Positions 51,344 to 63,605 of a stretch of 64,000 bases of DNA are shown piece after piece. The position numbers and the translations under genes are program-made. How positions within the stretch are numbered: the stretch's first letter is position 1; the number at the start of each line of letters is the position of its first letter. The notes beneath the pieces were generated by a model. That model was not told where the DNA came from, made no database searches, and saw nothing but the letters and a program-made list of their open reading frames with translations. This stretch comes from Lama guanicoe (taxonomy: Eukaryota), in the NCBI GenBank assembly GCA_013239625.1, contig MU054220.1, forward strand, positions 124,001 through 188,000, in the 5' to 3' direction.

Positions 51344-52291
51344 TTATACTATTTTGAGTGAATGACATGGGTTATCCAGGAATCTCTTCAATGCATCCTT
51401 CACATCCTTGTTCCTTAGGCTGTAAATGAGGGGGTTCAGCATTGGAATCACTAGCGTGTAGAAGACCGAGGCCATTTTATCGGTATCCAATGAGTGGTTG
51501 GTCCTTGGTTGCAGATACATGAAGAGGAGAGTCCCATAAAACACAGTGACAGCCATCATGTGGGAAGCACAGGTGGAAAAGGCTTTCCGTCGCCCCTCAG
51601 ACGAACGCATCTTCAAAATGGCCAGGGCAATGTTGAAGTATGATGTGAGAACAATAATTATAGAGAAAAACAAGTTGGTCCCTGAAAAGGTAAACACTGC
51701 TGTTTCTGGAATGTAGGTCTCAGAGCAGGACAATGCTAACAAGGGGACGTTATCACAGTAAAAATGATTGATCACATTGGAGGAGCAGTAGGACACAGAG
51801 AACACACAGGAGGAGACAGTCAGCGCGGTGGTCAGGCTGTAGAGGTACGTGAGGGATGCCAGCAGGAGGCAGGTCTGTGGGGAGACCACCATCATGTAGA
51901 GCAGGGGGTTGCAAATCGCCACGTAGCGGTCGTAAGCCATGGCAGCCAGCATGAAAATCTCAGCCACGATAAAAACTAAGAACCCACCCAGTTGAGCTGC
52001 ACATCCATAGTAAGATATGGTTTTCTTTGTAGCCAAGAAGTTCACCAGCATTTTAGGGGCAATGACTGTAGAATTGCCAAGATTGATGATGGCCAAGTGC
52101 CGGAGGAAAAAGTACATGGGGGTTTGAAGCTGGGCGTCAACACTAGTAAGAGTGATGATGCCCACGTTTCCTGCCACGATCAGCCCGTAGATGACCAGGA
52201 ACACGCAGAAAAGTGGGATCTGGAGCTCCGGACGGTCTGAGACTCCCATTAGTATGAATTCTGTCACTTGAGTGAGATTCCCGGGCGCCAT
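51344..52291 (-). CDS. OR8J2: Olfactory receptor family 8J, OR8J2-like, intact 315 aa
   Basis: HLAIINLGNSTVIAPKML, GCAAQLGGFLVFIVAEIF, YIPETAVF.FSGTN and DALKRFLDNPC match my recall of OR8J2; orthology not tested. Confidence 0.85.
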   Translation of the reverse strand: MAPGNLTQVTEFILMGVSDRPELQIPLFCVFLVIYGLIVAGNVGIITLTSVDAQLQTPMYFFLRHLAIINLGNSTVIAPKMLVNFLATKKTISYYGCAAQLGGFLVFIVAEIFMLAAMAYDRYVAICNPLLYMMVVSPQTCLLLASLTYLYSLTTALTVSSCVFSVSYCSSNVINHFYCDNVPLLALSCSETYIPETAVFTFSGTNLFFSIIIVLTSYFNIALAILKMRSSEGRRKAFSTCASHMMAVTVFYGTLLFMYLQPRTNHSLDTDKMASVFYTLVIPMLNPLIYSLRNKDVKDALKRFLDNPCHSLKIV

Positions 52292-53946
52292 TTATTTTGT
52301 TGCTTTCCCCTTATAATGGAGAAAATGGAAAGAATTTAATGGACAATAAAATACTATTTAGATGACAGATTTTTATTTAATGTTTCATTTAAAATCAGTC
52401 TTCCTTGGTTCACCAACACGTGAAAGTTTCTGATCTTTCTTAATTGTTTTTCATCTCATCTTTTTATAAAATTTAGGGATACCAACTCTCAAGAAATGCA
52501 TTTTGGATCTTAGCATTGCTTGACCAAGCTCTTAATGCATTTATTCACGTATGTAGTTTATGTTGGATGACTATATATTGATTTATCATATTATTATATG
52601 TAATAATATTTATAATGTTGTATTAGCTATATTAATATATATTTCATGGATATATACCAGCATGTATATATGTGTATCTATATATTTACACGTAGACACA
52701 TATGCCTCTGTATGTGTGTGCAGTTCTCATGCTAAAAGAAGGGGACCTATAAGATGCTGATGAGTTAGAGTGTATCCAGTTATTTTTCCCTTAGCTGCTG
52801 CAGGTGGTCACTCCAGCCCATGCCTTATTGTCATTCTTGGGGATTTCAGTCTCTTTTTCAATAGGAAACTTTCAGTAGCCTGAGTTTTTCCTTAGCAATC
52901 ACTACCACCCTGCTCTGCTTCAGCTGCCCACAAGCACATCTACACTTCAGTACTGATGCTCAGTAGCATCATTCAGAAACTCAGAATCCTCTTTCCTTAA
53001 TCACATTTCCTTTCTTCTACCAGATAAACCACTTCTGTTCTATGACTCTGACTTTAAGCTGCTCAGACTCTCGGTAGTATTTTGTTCTGACAGCCCTCCC
53101 TTCCCTTTCCAGCTTGTACCTCTTTTCTTTCAATAGTCTGAAGCCAGTTTTGATTTTTTTTTAATTTATTATGTATAGTTTTGATTTGTCAAAGTTTGAT
53201 CTGTTTGTTTTCACTTGTATAGAGAAATGAATGGAGGAGAGACTAACATTTTTTGGGTGTGATGTAGTCTGTGCCCAGACATGTGAGGTACTTTGAAAAG
53301 AAAATGATCTTATTGTTCTGCGGAACTGTCCTCAAAGGTGGATATAATTATTTATATGTCTGATGAGACAATTTCAGCTCAATGCGATTCAGTTACTCGA
53401 AGAGTCTGTATTGGATTTGCTAATGGTTTGGTTTTGTGTTGTGGTTTTTACGGTTTTGTGTGCTTGATTGGTTGGTTGTCAGTCCACCAGTTAGCTGTGT
53501 AATTTTTACCACGTATTTGTAATCTTGTGTTGTATGAATTACATGAGATAATGCACAAATGTAGGTTAGTTAGCCCAGAGCCTGGTGATAATGAATGCAA
53601 AATAATTAGTACCAGTAGTTGTTTATATTAGGATGTTTTGAATAATTTTTAATGTGGTTTCTTATTTCAGTCCCAGTAACTCATTCTACCTTATTGAGAG
53701 CTTTTATAGTTGAGATAGGAATAGCAAATGGATTATTATTTAGTGTATTCAAACCACAAGGGCACATGATATCCAACTGTGTATTTAACAAGCAATTCCA
53801 GATGTGCTCTCCCAGAACACAACTCTCTCCTAAATTTGTGGTGATGTTTGTTTCTCTTAAAGATCCCCTGTTCCATACATCAATATGCATTTGATGAGCT
53901 GGTCCTCCGGGGTTGCACTAGCGATCCCTTCTCTCTTGTCTCCTGC

Positions 53947-54601
53947 TGTTGCCAGTAGATGTAGTGGTGTCCAGGCTCTTGTCCTGCCCCAAGAGGAATT
54001 CAGAGGCAAGACATGGAGGTTAAGAGAGTAAAGCGGGGATTTATTAAAGGATAAAGAGTGCATTCTCAAGGGGAGAGTGAGCAGGCTCAGGTGAGCAGCT
54101 GGCGTGAGTTTCTTTGGCAAGTTGGTGACACAGAGTATAAATATGAATGGGCAGAATATTCATCGGAGAGGGAAGGGTTTGGGGTTGTAGTCCTTAATTT
54201 TCATCCCAACTCCACCTCCCCAAAAGGAGGAGGGATTTTGTCATTATTTAGTCTGGATTGGAAGTGTCACGGCTTCGGTGCACGATGGGTACTTCTAATC
54301 TGCAAGGCTAATTTTATTGAAATGAGAGCATAATGAGCAAAAGGTTACATTTGGACACTGAAGATTCCTGCCTTTTCCCACTTTTCTTCGTTGGCCTCCA
54401 GACCACTCATCACCCCAAAAGGTGTGACAGTTTATCAACCCAGAGGATCCTGCTTTCCTTTCTCTGCCCAGGGACCCCTGTTGTTTACATGGTGTAGGGT
54501 TTCCTGTGATTGGCCTGTGCCCCTCCTTTCTGCCCAATTCCTCCCATTTGGCCTGTGCACCCCTTTCTCTGCTCATATCGAGCTGTCTGCCTGCTGTAAC
54601 A
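53947..54601 (-). mobile_element. ERV solo LTR
   Basis: TGTTGCCAG...TGTAACA termini; TTTATT (minus-strand AATAAA) near 54040; GC-rich relative to flanks; no TSD resolved. Confidence 0.7.
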
Positions 54602-55511
54602 AAACTATTGCATCTAAAAAAATTGCATAGGTAAGCTTTTGATAGAAAACATAGTGGCAACATTCACTTTAATCAAAATATTTCTGTTGGTTTCTACACA
54701 TAAGGCAACTCACGCATGTTTCACTCTGAGGTGATATATTTGACAAACTTATCCTTAACTTAATAAGAACAAAAAGGAGCATCAATAGGAATTATTGTCT
54801 ACTCTGAATTTGTGCAATTAGTTATAGAAAGGAGATTATCTGTATATATCCTTAGCTGTTATTAATTACCTCTTGCAGTGAAATGTAACTGGTGGCAAAG
54901 CCAGGGGTTTGTTGGTTTGTTTGTTTTAATTTGGTAAGTACATGCCACTGAAATCCAGTTTCAGTAGAACAGCCTCAGTTTTCTCCTATTTCTTCAGAAT
55001 CTTGTTTGAGTTAACATTTGTTCCTAAGAGCTATTTTATTTTTTTGTAAATTTTTTTTTCCTCAAATTTGTTTTTTTAAAAAAAAGCTCAACAGGTTTTC
55101 TAAAATAATAAATTATCAATAAATGCAATTTTAAAATATACCGGATGGTAATCATTTATCTTACAACTTGGATGAAAAATAATATTGCAAATTAATTTTT
55201 AAATAGCTTCTGAGGTGGTTTTAATAGTCTGTTCCATTAGCCTCTAACTGTAGAACTTGTGCTAAATTTATTTAGATGTGGATTGTGTGAGGGACAAACA
55301 CTGCGTCTCAATACAGGCTCTCAGCGTCCACCAGCAACACAGAGTCTGATTGCTGCCACCAGGGACTCCTTCCATCTTAGGGCTTATCACCCTGAGCAAC
55401 GCAGAAAGCAGGAAGCGGAGAAAACGTTTTTATTGACATTCAGTCACTTAATAGATCTTTCTTGGAGACTAGACTCATATTTCAAAGACACTTAAGTTTC
55501 CTATATGGTGT

Positions 55512-56153
55512 TGAGACAGGAAGGGGGCAGGGCACAGCCACTGAAGGATTGCTACAGCAATTAACATCAAAATGGTGAAAGATTCAACCCCCAGTAGGCC
55601 TTGAGGCTCAAGATGGGAGATTTGACTTCTAGCAGACCTTGAGCTTCATTATACGCTCATTGTAACATACTAACACGGTGAATAACATGCCCACAGGCGC
55701 CATGGCAGTCCCAAGGCTAGCCACAAAAGGTCAAAGAGTGGGAAATGGCCCACTTTCTGGGAATCCCAGCCCCTTCCTCAGGCTAGTTAGACTGGTCCTT
55801 CCACTTACTAGCATATGAAGCCGCTGAGCCCATAAAAACTGGCAACATGGTGCCTCACGACCACCACCTCTCTCCCCTCTCTCTCTCTCTGTTAGGAGAC
55901 AGCCCACACTCGGTCTATGGAGTGTGTACCTACTTTTACTCTAATCTGAGCACCCAACCCCCACACCTCGTGGCCTTTCTCTTGCCTTTCAATGTATCTC
56001 TCTGAATAAATCTACCTTCACTCAACTGTGGCTCGCTCTTGAATTCTTTCCTGTGCGAAGCCAAGGACCCACACTTGGCGGCCACATCCCAGGGGCTCAG
56101 TGACGCCTGGGACATGGCCGTCCTCATGCCCCACATCCATTTTTCCTGAATCT
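55512..56153 (+). mobile_element. ERV1-type solo LTR with 4-bp TSD GTGT
   Basis: GTGT|TGAGACAGG...CATAAAAA...AATAAA...TTTTCCTGAATCT|GTGT; the terminal CA appears mutated to CT (intact as ATCA at 20701-20704). Confidence 0.85.
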
Positions 56154-56489
56154 GTGTAGACTGTCCTCAAAACATCCCTCAGTTCCGCCAGTTCTAGGGC
56201 AGACAACGTTCTTTTTTAGGTTAAGGTAAAGCACAGCCCCTGTAATAGACTCTGTTATTCTGTACAAATGCTCAAACAGTCTAATTGATCAGGGGAGATG
56301 CTGGAAACTATTGCTTAAACTGTATCAGCATCACTTCCACTCAGCAAGCAGTGGGCAGAGCCCTGAGTCACTTGGAAAAGAGAACAGAGTAGATACCATT
56401 TCAGTTCTGAGCCTGATTTGAATTGGTAACATTTGCAAGATACTTTGTCTTCCCATCCAGAATTAGTCATGAATAAGGTATTTGCTTCT

Positions 56490-56700
56490 GCCTACCTGCA
56501 CGCAGAGATCTGCTGAGACCCACTCTTCAGACCTTTGCATGAAGTGTGCTGACTGGTTTTTACAAGTGTCTCAAGTCCCTGAAGACCTTTACGCTGAATT
56601 CTTTATTCATGGCTCCAGTCCCTGAACATGAGAATCAGAATTCCCAGGTACAGGTCTGATTCCCCAGGGAAAGAAAGACAAACTGGAAGCTCATTAGTCA
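56490..56700 (-). promoter_or_regulatory. Candidate promoter/exon 1 of the OR8J2-like gene
   Basis: Perfect O/E core TCCCCAGGGA at 56661-56670, minus-strand TAATGA near 56691-56696, donor-like CAG|GTAGGC (GT at 56495-56494). No paralog support. Confidence 0.35.
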
Positions 56701-56753
56701 AGTCTCCATGCAAAACTTTCACCCAAATAGGGAAAATGTGGAGGTAGTTTAGG

Positions 56754-57216
56754 TGTGAAGGAAAAGCTGGGTTGGTCTAACAAGATAACTCGCAAGTCTA
56801 GGAATGTGGAGGGGCTGGGCTGGGCTGGCAGGATAACTCAGAAGTCTAAGTATTGGAATACTGATCTGAGTTCTGCTGGACTAACTCGTAAATCTAAGTT
56901 AATTAGTGTTGGTTTGCTGTTCATGTTTTTTTTGCTAGCCAGCTGGATTTTCAAAGATACATATCTGGCTTTGGAATGTTGGTTTGCTGCCTCCCCGCCT
57001 CCACTTTTGTGATGATAATGCTGCTAAAGCTGTTCCATGCCTATTGGCCGAATACCCCAAGCTTGTACTTTACCCTATAAAACCTCTTGCGCACGTCTTG
57101 GAGGTGCTCAGAGCTTCCAAGCAGAAGCCCCTCTGAGCCCTCCGGCGTAATACATCTGAGTACTCCAACCCTCCGAGTGGTGCTTGTTTCTTGACTGGCC
57201 TGTCGTTTCTGTAACA
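56754..57216 (+). mobile_element. ERV solo LTR with 4-bp TSD TAGG
   Basis: TAGG|TGTGAAGG...CTATAAAA...TTTCTGTAACA|TAGG; internal enhancer-like repeats (TAACTC.AAGTCTA). Confidence 0.9.
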
Positions 57217-57443
57217 TAGGGACATGCTTACCTACTCATATGAATAACTATCTCTTTCAACGTTTGCACCCTTTGATTGTTTTAAATTGTACCCCTATAT
57301 TTTCTGGGGAGTGAGGCTTCTGGCCCTGGGATGGACAAAAATCTAACAGTTAAAAAGCACAAGATTCTGGCCATGATGTTCAATTTTAAGGTGATCAATG
57401 GGAATAGAATCGAATGTGAAACTTCCACTCTTGTGCCAAGAAC

Positions 57444-58019
57444 TGTGGGTTCTGGCCGGCAGAAGTCCCACCGAGATGGAATGAACTACTTGAGACTCTG
57501 TGGAAAAGTCAAGAGAGCGAGAGGGAGCCAGAAGCCAACTCCATGAGCCTCTCAAATGCTCCCATATTTATTGAGTACAGTCAAAGGAGGAATCACTGAC
57601 CGTTGTGTGATGGAATGCAGGAATTTAGGGAAAGACAGGGTAGGATCAAGATTGTAGAAATCACAATGAATACAGTGGCTTTGTTTATCTTTAGGGAAGT
57701 CATGGGGAGAGGGGAACAAGATACATTCTTATAGTTGTGTTAAATCAGACCACCAGCCCAGCCAGGTCCTTGCTGCGGGCATAACAGACTATCTAACAGC
57801 ACACGCCGAGGGCCTGGTCCTTGCTTTGCAAGGAGCAGAGTGCTATCTAAAACCTCAACTATGCAAGCAAGGCATTGTCTCTGCTTTTTATGGCAAGGAG
57901 ACTGGAGTGTGGATGCACAGGTGCCTGCTTGCAAGGCAGTTACTGAGCACATTTGTTTTTTAAGGAGACAAGCGGTTGGGGTCTGTTACAATTTGTTAAC
58001 CTAATCATGGGCTCCCATA
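57444..58019 (-). mobile_element. Class II (ERVK-like) solo LTR with 6-bp TSD AAGAAC
   Basis: AAGAAC|TGTGGG...CTCCCATA|AAGAAC (CCCACA|AAGAAC in the duplicate at 58751); TTTATT near 57567. Confidence 0.85.
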
Positions 58020-59032
58020 AAGAACGACCTCTGTTGTTTGCCAAAAAAAAAAAAATCAGGTGATGTACAACACAAAATCAGAATGGCAATGGTTATAAAG
58101 ACATTGAATATCCATTTTTAAAATGAATTTTTAGGGCACTGTATGATCAGGCCACGCTGCTCTCTTTCTGTACATCCCCTGCTCGACCAGCCCCTGCTTC
58201 ACCTGCACCCACTCACCTGACTGATCTTCCCTCTTAATCCTAGAGCCTAGTCAGTCAACACCGACATACTTGTCCCCCGGGCTTAACTAGTGATTGTTCT
58301 CATCTTAGGAATCACTGACCGTTGTGTGATGGAATGCAGGAATTTAGGGAAAGACAGGGTAGGATCAAGATTGTAGAAATCACAATGAATACAATGGCTT
58401 TGTCTATCTTTTGGGAAGTCATGGGGAGAGGGGAACAAGATACGTTCTTATAGTTGTGTTAAATCAGACCACCAGCCCAGCCAGGTCCTTGTTGTGGGCA
58501 TAACAGACTAACAGCACACGCCCAGCGTTCATAGCCGAGGGCCTGGTCGTTGCTTTGCAAGGAGCAGAGTGCTATCTAAAACCTCAACTATGCAAGCGAG
58601 GCATTGTCTCTGCTTTTTATGGCAAGGAGACCGGAGTGTGGATGCACAGGCGCCTGCTTGTAAGGCAGTTACTAAGCACATTTGTTCTTCTTTAAGGAGA
58701 CAAGCGGCTGGGATCTGTTACAATTTGTTAACCTAATCATGGTCTCCCACAAAGAACGACCTCTGTTATTTGCCAAAAACAAATCAGGTGATGTACAACA
58801 CAATCAGAATGGCAATGGTTATAAAGACATTGAATATCCATTTTTAAAATGAATTTTTAGGGCACTGTATGATCAGGCCACGCTGCTCTCTTTCTGTACA
58901 TCCCCTGCTCGACCAGCCCCTGCTTCACCTGCACCCACTCACCTGACTGATCTTCCCTCTTAATCCTAGAGCCTAGTCAGTCAACACCGACATACTTGTC
59001 CCCCGGGCTTAACTAGTGATTGTTCTCATCTT
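57588..59032 (+). repeat. Direct tandem duplication, two units of about 720 bp (57588-58306, 58307-59032)
   Basis: Both units start AGGAATCACTGACCGTTGTG and end GATTGTTCTCATCTT. Confidence 0.97.
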
Positions 59033-59350
59033 TAGATCAGAGCTGTTTCTGCTAGGAAAGTTTCTCAAAGGGACATGCCCCTCTGCTTGTTTCCCTGGTA
59101 ATTGATGAGCCAACCTGAAACAAAGCTCTCTATAATTAGTAACCTCCCTTTGCCCCTCAACCCCCAGTGGCCACATCCTGCCTGAGTTCTACGGCACACG
59201 GTGGGATGTCTCTCCAGGACTTTGCTTCAAGACATTTAAGCCATTATACCATTAAACCATTGATGTTTCTGTTGCAAACTCCAGGCTCTTGTTTTTTTTG
59301 GTCTTGCAAGTACAGGGCTTGCAAGCCTGCAGGGTATGGCTCAGCTGGCA
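58866..59350 (+). mobile_element. ERV LTR (its 5' part is duplicated at 58140-58306)
   Basis: TGTATGATCAGGCC start, TATAA, ATTAAA signal and a GC-rich LTR-like 3' end. Confidence 0.55.
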
Positions 59351-60138
59351 CCTATCATATACCTGGCACTATTTCTAGTCTTTAATCAAAACTATTTGGA
59401 TGGAAAATATATTTTTTTCACATAATCCTGTGGTCTTCCATCCAGCATATGGAAATATTGCAATTAAATACTGGTAACACTATTTAATTTTCCATATTGT
59501 GTGGAATTTTCTAGTCTATAAGCATTACAGGAGAAAGAGTCTATCTAAATAGTTTGTCTTTGCATTAACAGCATCTAAAACAATACCCGGGAAAGAGCAG
59601 ATGTTCAAAAGTTATTTGTTGATTGACTGGTGGAATGAATTATGACTAAGTGGATGAATGAATGAATACAATATCTATCCTAAAATTCTGAAATAAAGTA
59701 TGAGGTTTTGGTTCCCAGAGATGTAGTCTATCTTTAATATGATTTTAACCTTTATAAAGAATGAGTGACAACTTGCATATCTTTCTCCAGAATATTCATT
59801 TCTGTAAGGTAGGGATGCAACTGTTTTTTCTTCATCTTGATAGTCCTAATATCGAATAATATTATGGGACATCCTCAACTCTAAAATAAATGAAGTAACA
59901 GGCACATTGTGGAGAATAAGATGGAAAATACAAAGATTTTTACTAACTTGGTACTCATTACAGCAAATTGACATCCTTGAGATTCTTTCCAGAGCACAAA
60001 TATACATATGAACGTTCTCTATATACTTTCTTTGATGTGACCAAAGACACCGTCTGTACCAGTTAACAATAATTTCATTCTGTCATCAGCGCTGCCAACT
60101 TCCCCATCAATTTATAGCATTCCTATAACTTTGTAGAG

Positions 60139-60282
60139 TTTTTTTTTGCTTGTTTGTTTGTTTTGGTGAGGAAAAGGTGACTGGGTCTATTTATTTATTT
60201 TTACAGGAGGCACTGGGGATTGAACCCAGGACCTTGTGCATGCTAAGCATGTGCTCTACCACTTGAACTATATCCTCCTCCC
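60139..60282 (-). mobile_element. tRNA-Ala-derived SINE (Vic-1-like), near full length
   Basis: Reverse complement GGGAGGAGGATATAGTTCAAGTGGTAGAGCACATGCTTAGCATGCACAAGGTCCTGGGTTCAATCCCCAGTGCCTCC plus A-rich tail; TAGAG repeated at both flanks. Confidence 0.85.
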
Positions 60283-60689
60283 TAGAGATTTTTAAAAATG
60301 ATTTCTTTTACAATTTCTGCTACTGATGCTTTATTTCACAACTCGATCTCTCACTTGAAGCTTATTCTTTATTGTATGGGAGGTATTTTCCACTTCGTAA
60401 GTCTTCACTATGCTATTTAATAAACTCACCTTGGTCACTCAGTCAAAACTCTAAGAAAGTACCATTATTTGGTCACAAAATTTCACCTTTCAAATATTTG
60501 TAAGAATCACACACACATATGTGAATATGCAGAAAAATGACGTTATAGACACTGTATTTTCATCACCAACATTAAACAACAGTTTTATCTTTAGGAATCA
60601 TTATTTTCAAGTAACACATAATTGCATGTAAGCTTAATTTTTACTGATCCAAATGTCTCTAATACAACATTTTTCCATTTTCTCAGATC

Positions 60690-60975
60690 TTTTAACTTAT
60701 TTTTACTGTGGTAAGAACACTAAATATGAGATCTACCTTCTTCACAAACTTTTAAGTATATAATACAGTTATGCTAGTTACAGATACAATGTATATAACA
60801 GATCACCAGAATTTAATCATCATGCATAACTGAGACCACCCCCGTTCTCCCATTCTCTCTGTCCCTGGCAACCACCATTCTACTCTTTGCTTCTACGTGT
60901 TTGACTCATATAAATTATCCTCTGTGACTAGCATATTCTCCTCAGTAATATATTGTCATTTCATCCATATTCTTT
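60690..60975 (-). mobile_element. L1MA/L1MB-type 3' end
   Basis: TGTGGTAAGAACACTAAATATGAGATCTACC...CCCTGGCAACCACCATTCTACTCT. Confidence 0.8.
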
Positions 60976-61039
60976 AAAATTAAATTATTTATTGTTATAC
61001 ATATACATATGTATATAGTTTATGTATCCAATAACATAA

Positions 61040-62410
61040 CAGTAAATGATTTATATATCCACGTGCAAAAAATGAAGTCAGACTCCTAACTCACACTATG
61101 TACAAACATTAACTTCAAAGTGGATCAATAACCTAAATATAACGGCTAAAACTAAGAAACTTTTAGAAAAAAATAAAGGGGTATATATTCATGACCTGGA
61201 TTCAACAATGGATTTGTGACACCAGAATCACAAGCAACAAAAGAAAAAAATAGATAAATTAGATTTTATTAAGATTAAATCCTTTGTGCATCAAAGGACA
61301 TTGTCAAGAAAGTACAAAGACAACCTACAGAATGAAAGAAAATCTTTGTAAGTTATGTACTTGATAAGGGTTGAATATCTAAATTATATCAAGTACTCCT
61401 AAAATTTAACAACAAAAAGTCAACAGCAATAGAACAATTAAAAACGGGCCAAAATCTTGAACAGGAATTTCTCCAAAGAGGATACAAGCAGCCAAAAAGA
61501 GGTGAAAAGATGCTCCACACCATTCGACATTAGGGAAATGTGTATCAAAACCGCAATGAAATTCAACTTGACACCAACTAGATTAAAAAAACCCAAAAAA
61601 CAGAAAATAGCCAATGTTGGTGAGTATGCATAAAAAATGACTTCCTGGTGCATTAATTGGGAGAATGTTAAACATGAAATAGTTCAGATGCTATGGAAAA
61701 CAGTTTGGTGGTTCCTTAAAAGTTAAATATAAAATTACCATAATATCCTGCAACCACCCTACACATATACTCAAAAGAATTGAAAGCAGGTTTTCAAACA
61801 AGGACAAGTACATGCAAGACTATTCACATTAACTGAAAGATGGAATGATGTCAAAAGTCCATCAAAAGATGCATGGGTAAACACATTTTGTTATAGGCAT
61901 AAAACTGGATGTTATTAATCCATTAAGTCTCAATTATGCAAGATAAATGAGCTCTAAGGATATGCTGTACCTCATTGTGCCCACAATTAACAATACTGTG
62001 TTATATACTTAAGAGCATGTTAAGAGGTTAGATCTCACGTTAAGTGTTCTTATCACAATAAAATAAGAAACAATGAAGTTCTGATACATGTGACAACAGG
62101 TATGAATCTTGAAAACGTGCTAAGTGGAAGATGCCAGGCACAAAATTTAGTACCGGTTTGTTTACGTGAAATATCCAGGATAGATGCATTCACAGGACTG
62201 AATGCAGGCTGATGGTAGCCAGGGGCTGGAAGGGAGGGAGGAATGCTGAGAAATTGCCTGGTGAACACTTAGGCGCTACTGAAATGGAACTAGGTTGAGG
62301 TGTGGTTGCACAGCATTGTGAGTGTAATCATTGCTATGGAGTAATACACTTTAAAATGATTAATATCACAGTATGTGAATTTTATGTCCATAAGTTATTT
62401 AAAAAAATAA
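61040..62410 (+). mobile_element. L1 (L1MB-like) ORF2 end and 3' UTR with a nested L1 3' fragment (about 61920-62062)
   Basis: GTGGATCAATAACCTAAAT; CAACCTACAGAATG; GGAAAACAGTTTGGTGGTTCCTTAAAAGTTAAA; AATCTTGAAAACGTGCTAAGTG. Confidence 0.9.
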
Positions 62411-63568
62411 ATTTGGATATAATTTTGCATGTTCCATTGTTATCTGTGTGTCTTTTTCAGTGAAGTTTCTGATTTCATGTTTTGCCTATATAATTTGCGT
62501 GTATTCTCGATAATAACATTTGTCTATCATATGAATAAAAGAGTCCTCTGTTAAATTTGTTTGTGATATCTTTTGTTTAATAGAAATTTTAAATTTGGTG
62601 AAGTCATTAGTCGGTATTTGCAAATTACCCCACTTAAAAAGGAATTAAGGATATTCTGCTTACTTTAAATACTCTGAAAATTATTAACAATTTCACTGTA
62701 TTTCATAATGAAAACTTGTTTTTCATAATGAATATAACATAGTAATAAAATTGATTTTCCATAGTCACAGAAGTTATCTTTGACCTATTTTTACCGTAAA
62801 AAGTCCTTTTCTTGTGAAATGAAAACAGTTTGTACATCCATTACTCTTCCTTTTACTTGGCTCCGATCCTATCAAGTGATAATTTTAACCAGAAGTAAAC
62901 ACTATGTACAATTTGTCATTCATAAGTAAGTTGTAACTGGTGAACTGCATATTTATGCATCCAATGAAAAAACACTATAATTTTGCAGATAGTTTAATTA
63001 ATTTATGTTATCTACTGAATGTCTTATTCAGGAAGTTTTTTCTTTCACTCACATGTATGGATTTTGGCACCTTTCTTGGTTAATTCATTTAGCTATGCAT
63101 CGTGTCCTGAATTTTCTGGCTCTATGAACTTATTAGACATTCAAAACTTGCTTCCAAAGTGGCTGTAACTTTTATACTCCTACCAGCAGGGTCTGTATGT
63201 TTCCTTTACTCCATCTCCTCACTAGCACTTGGTAGTCCCAGACTTTTCCATTTTTGCCAATGTTATGAGTGTGAAAGAGTGTTTTATATTATTTTACACT
63301 TACATTTTTTGATCATTATTAAAGTAGAGTGTATGCATTGGTCTAAAGACGTTTCTTCTTTTGTAAATTTTCCATGTGTATTCTTTGTCCATAGTTCTAT
63401 GGACTTTCAGCCTATTACTTATTGATTTAACTGATGCATAACTTTATTTCCTCTTGTCTATGGCTAGTTCTTTTACTATATCTGTTATTGTTCTTTATTT
63501 AGACCTTTAAAAATGTAAAATTCATTTCCGTGATATTGAATGTGTTTAAAGATCTCTTCAATGCTGAA

Positions 63569-63600
<32 letters not shown>
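63569..63600 (+). repeat. (CA)n microsatellite
   Basis: Read directly from the sequence. Confidence 0.97.

Positions 63601-63605
<5 letters not shown>

Noticed and set aside
130..52240. Short ORFs antisense to or overlapping OR CDSs (e.g. 130-324, 7756-7977, 15304-15495, 15627-15848, 24425-24616, 51764-52240)
   Set aside because: Shadow frames of the OR coding sequence; they recur only because the paralogs are similar.
53947..59350. Full-length provirus
   Set aside because: The LTRs belong to different families, three have their own TSDs, and there is no gag/pol/env sequence.
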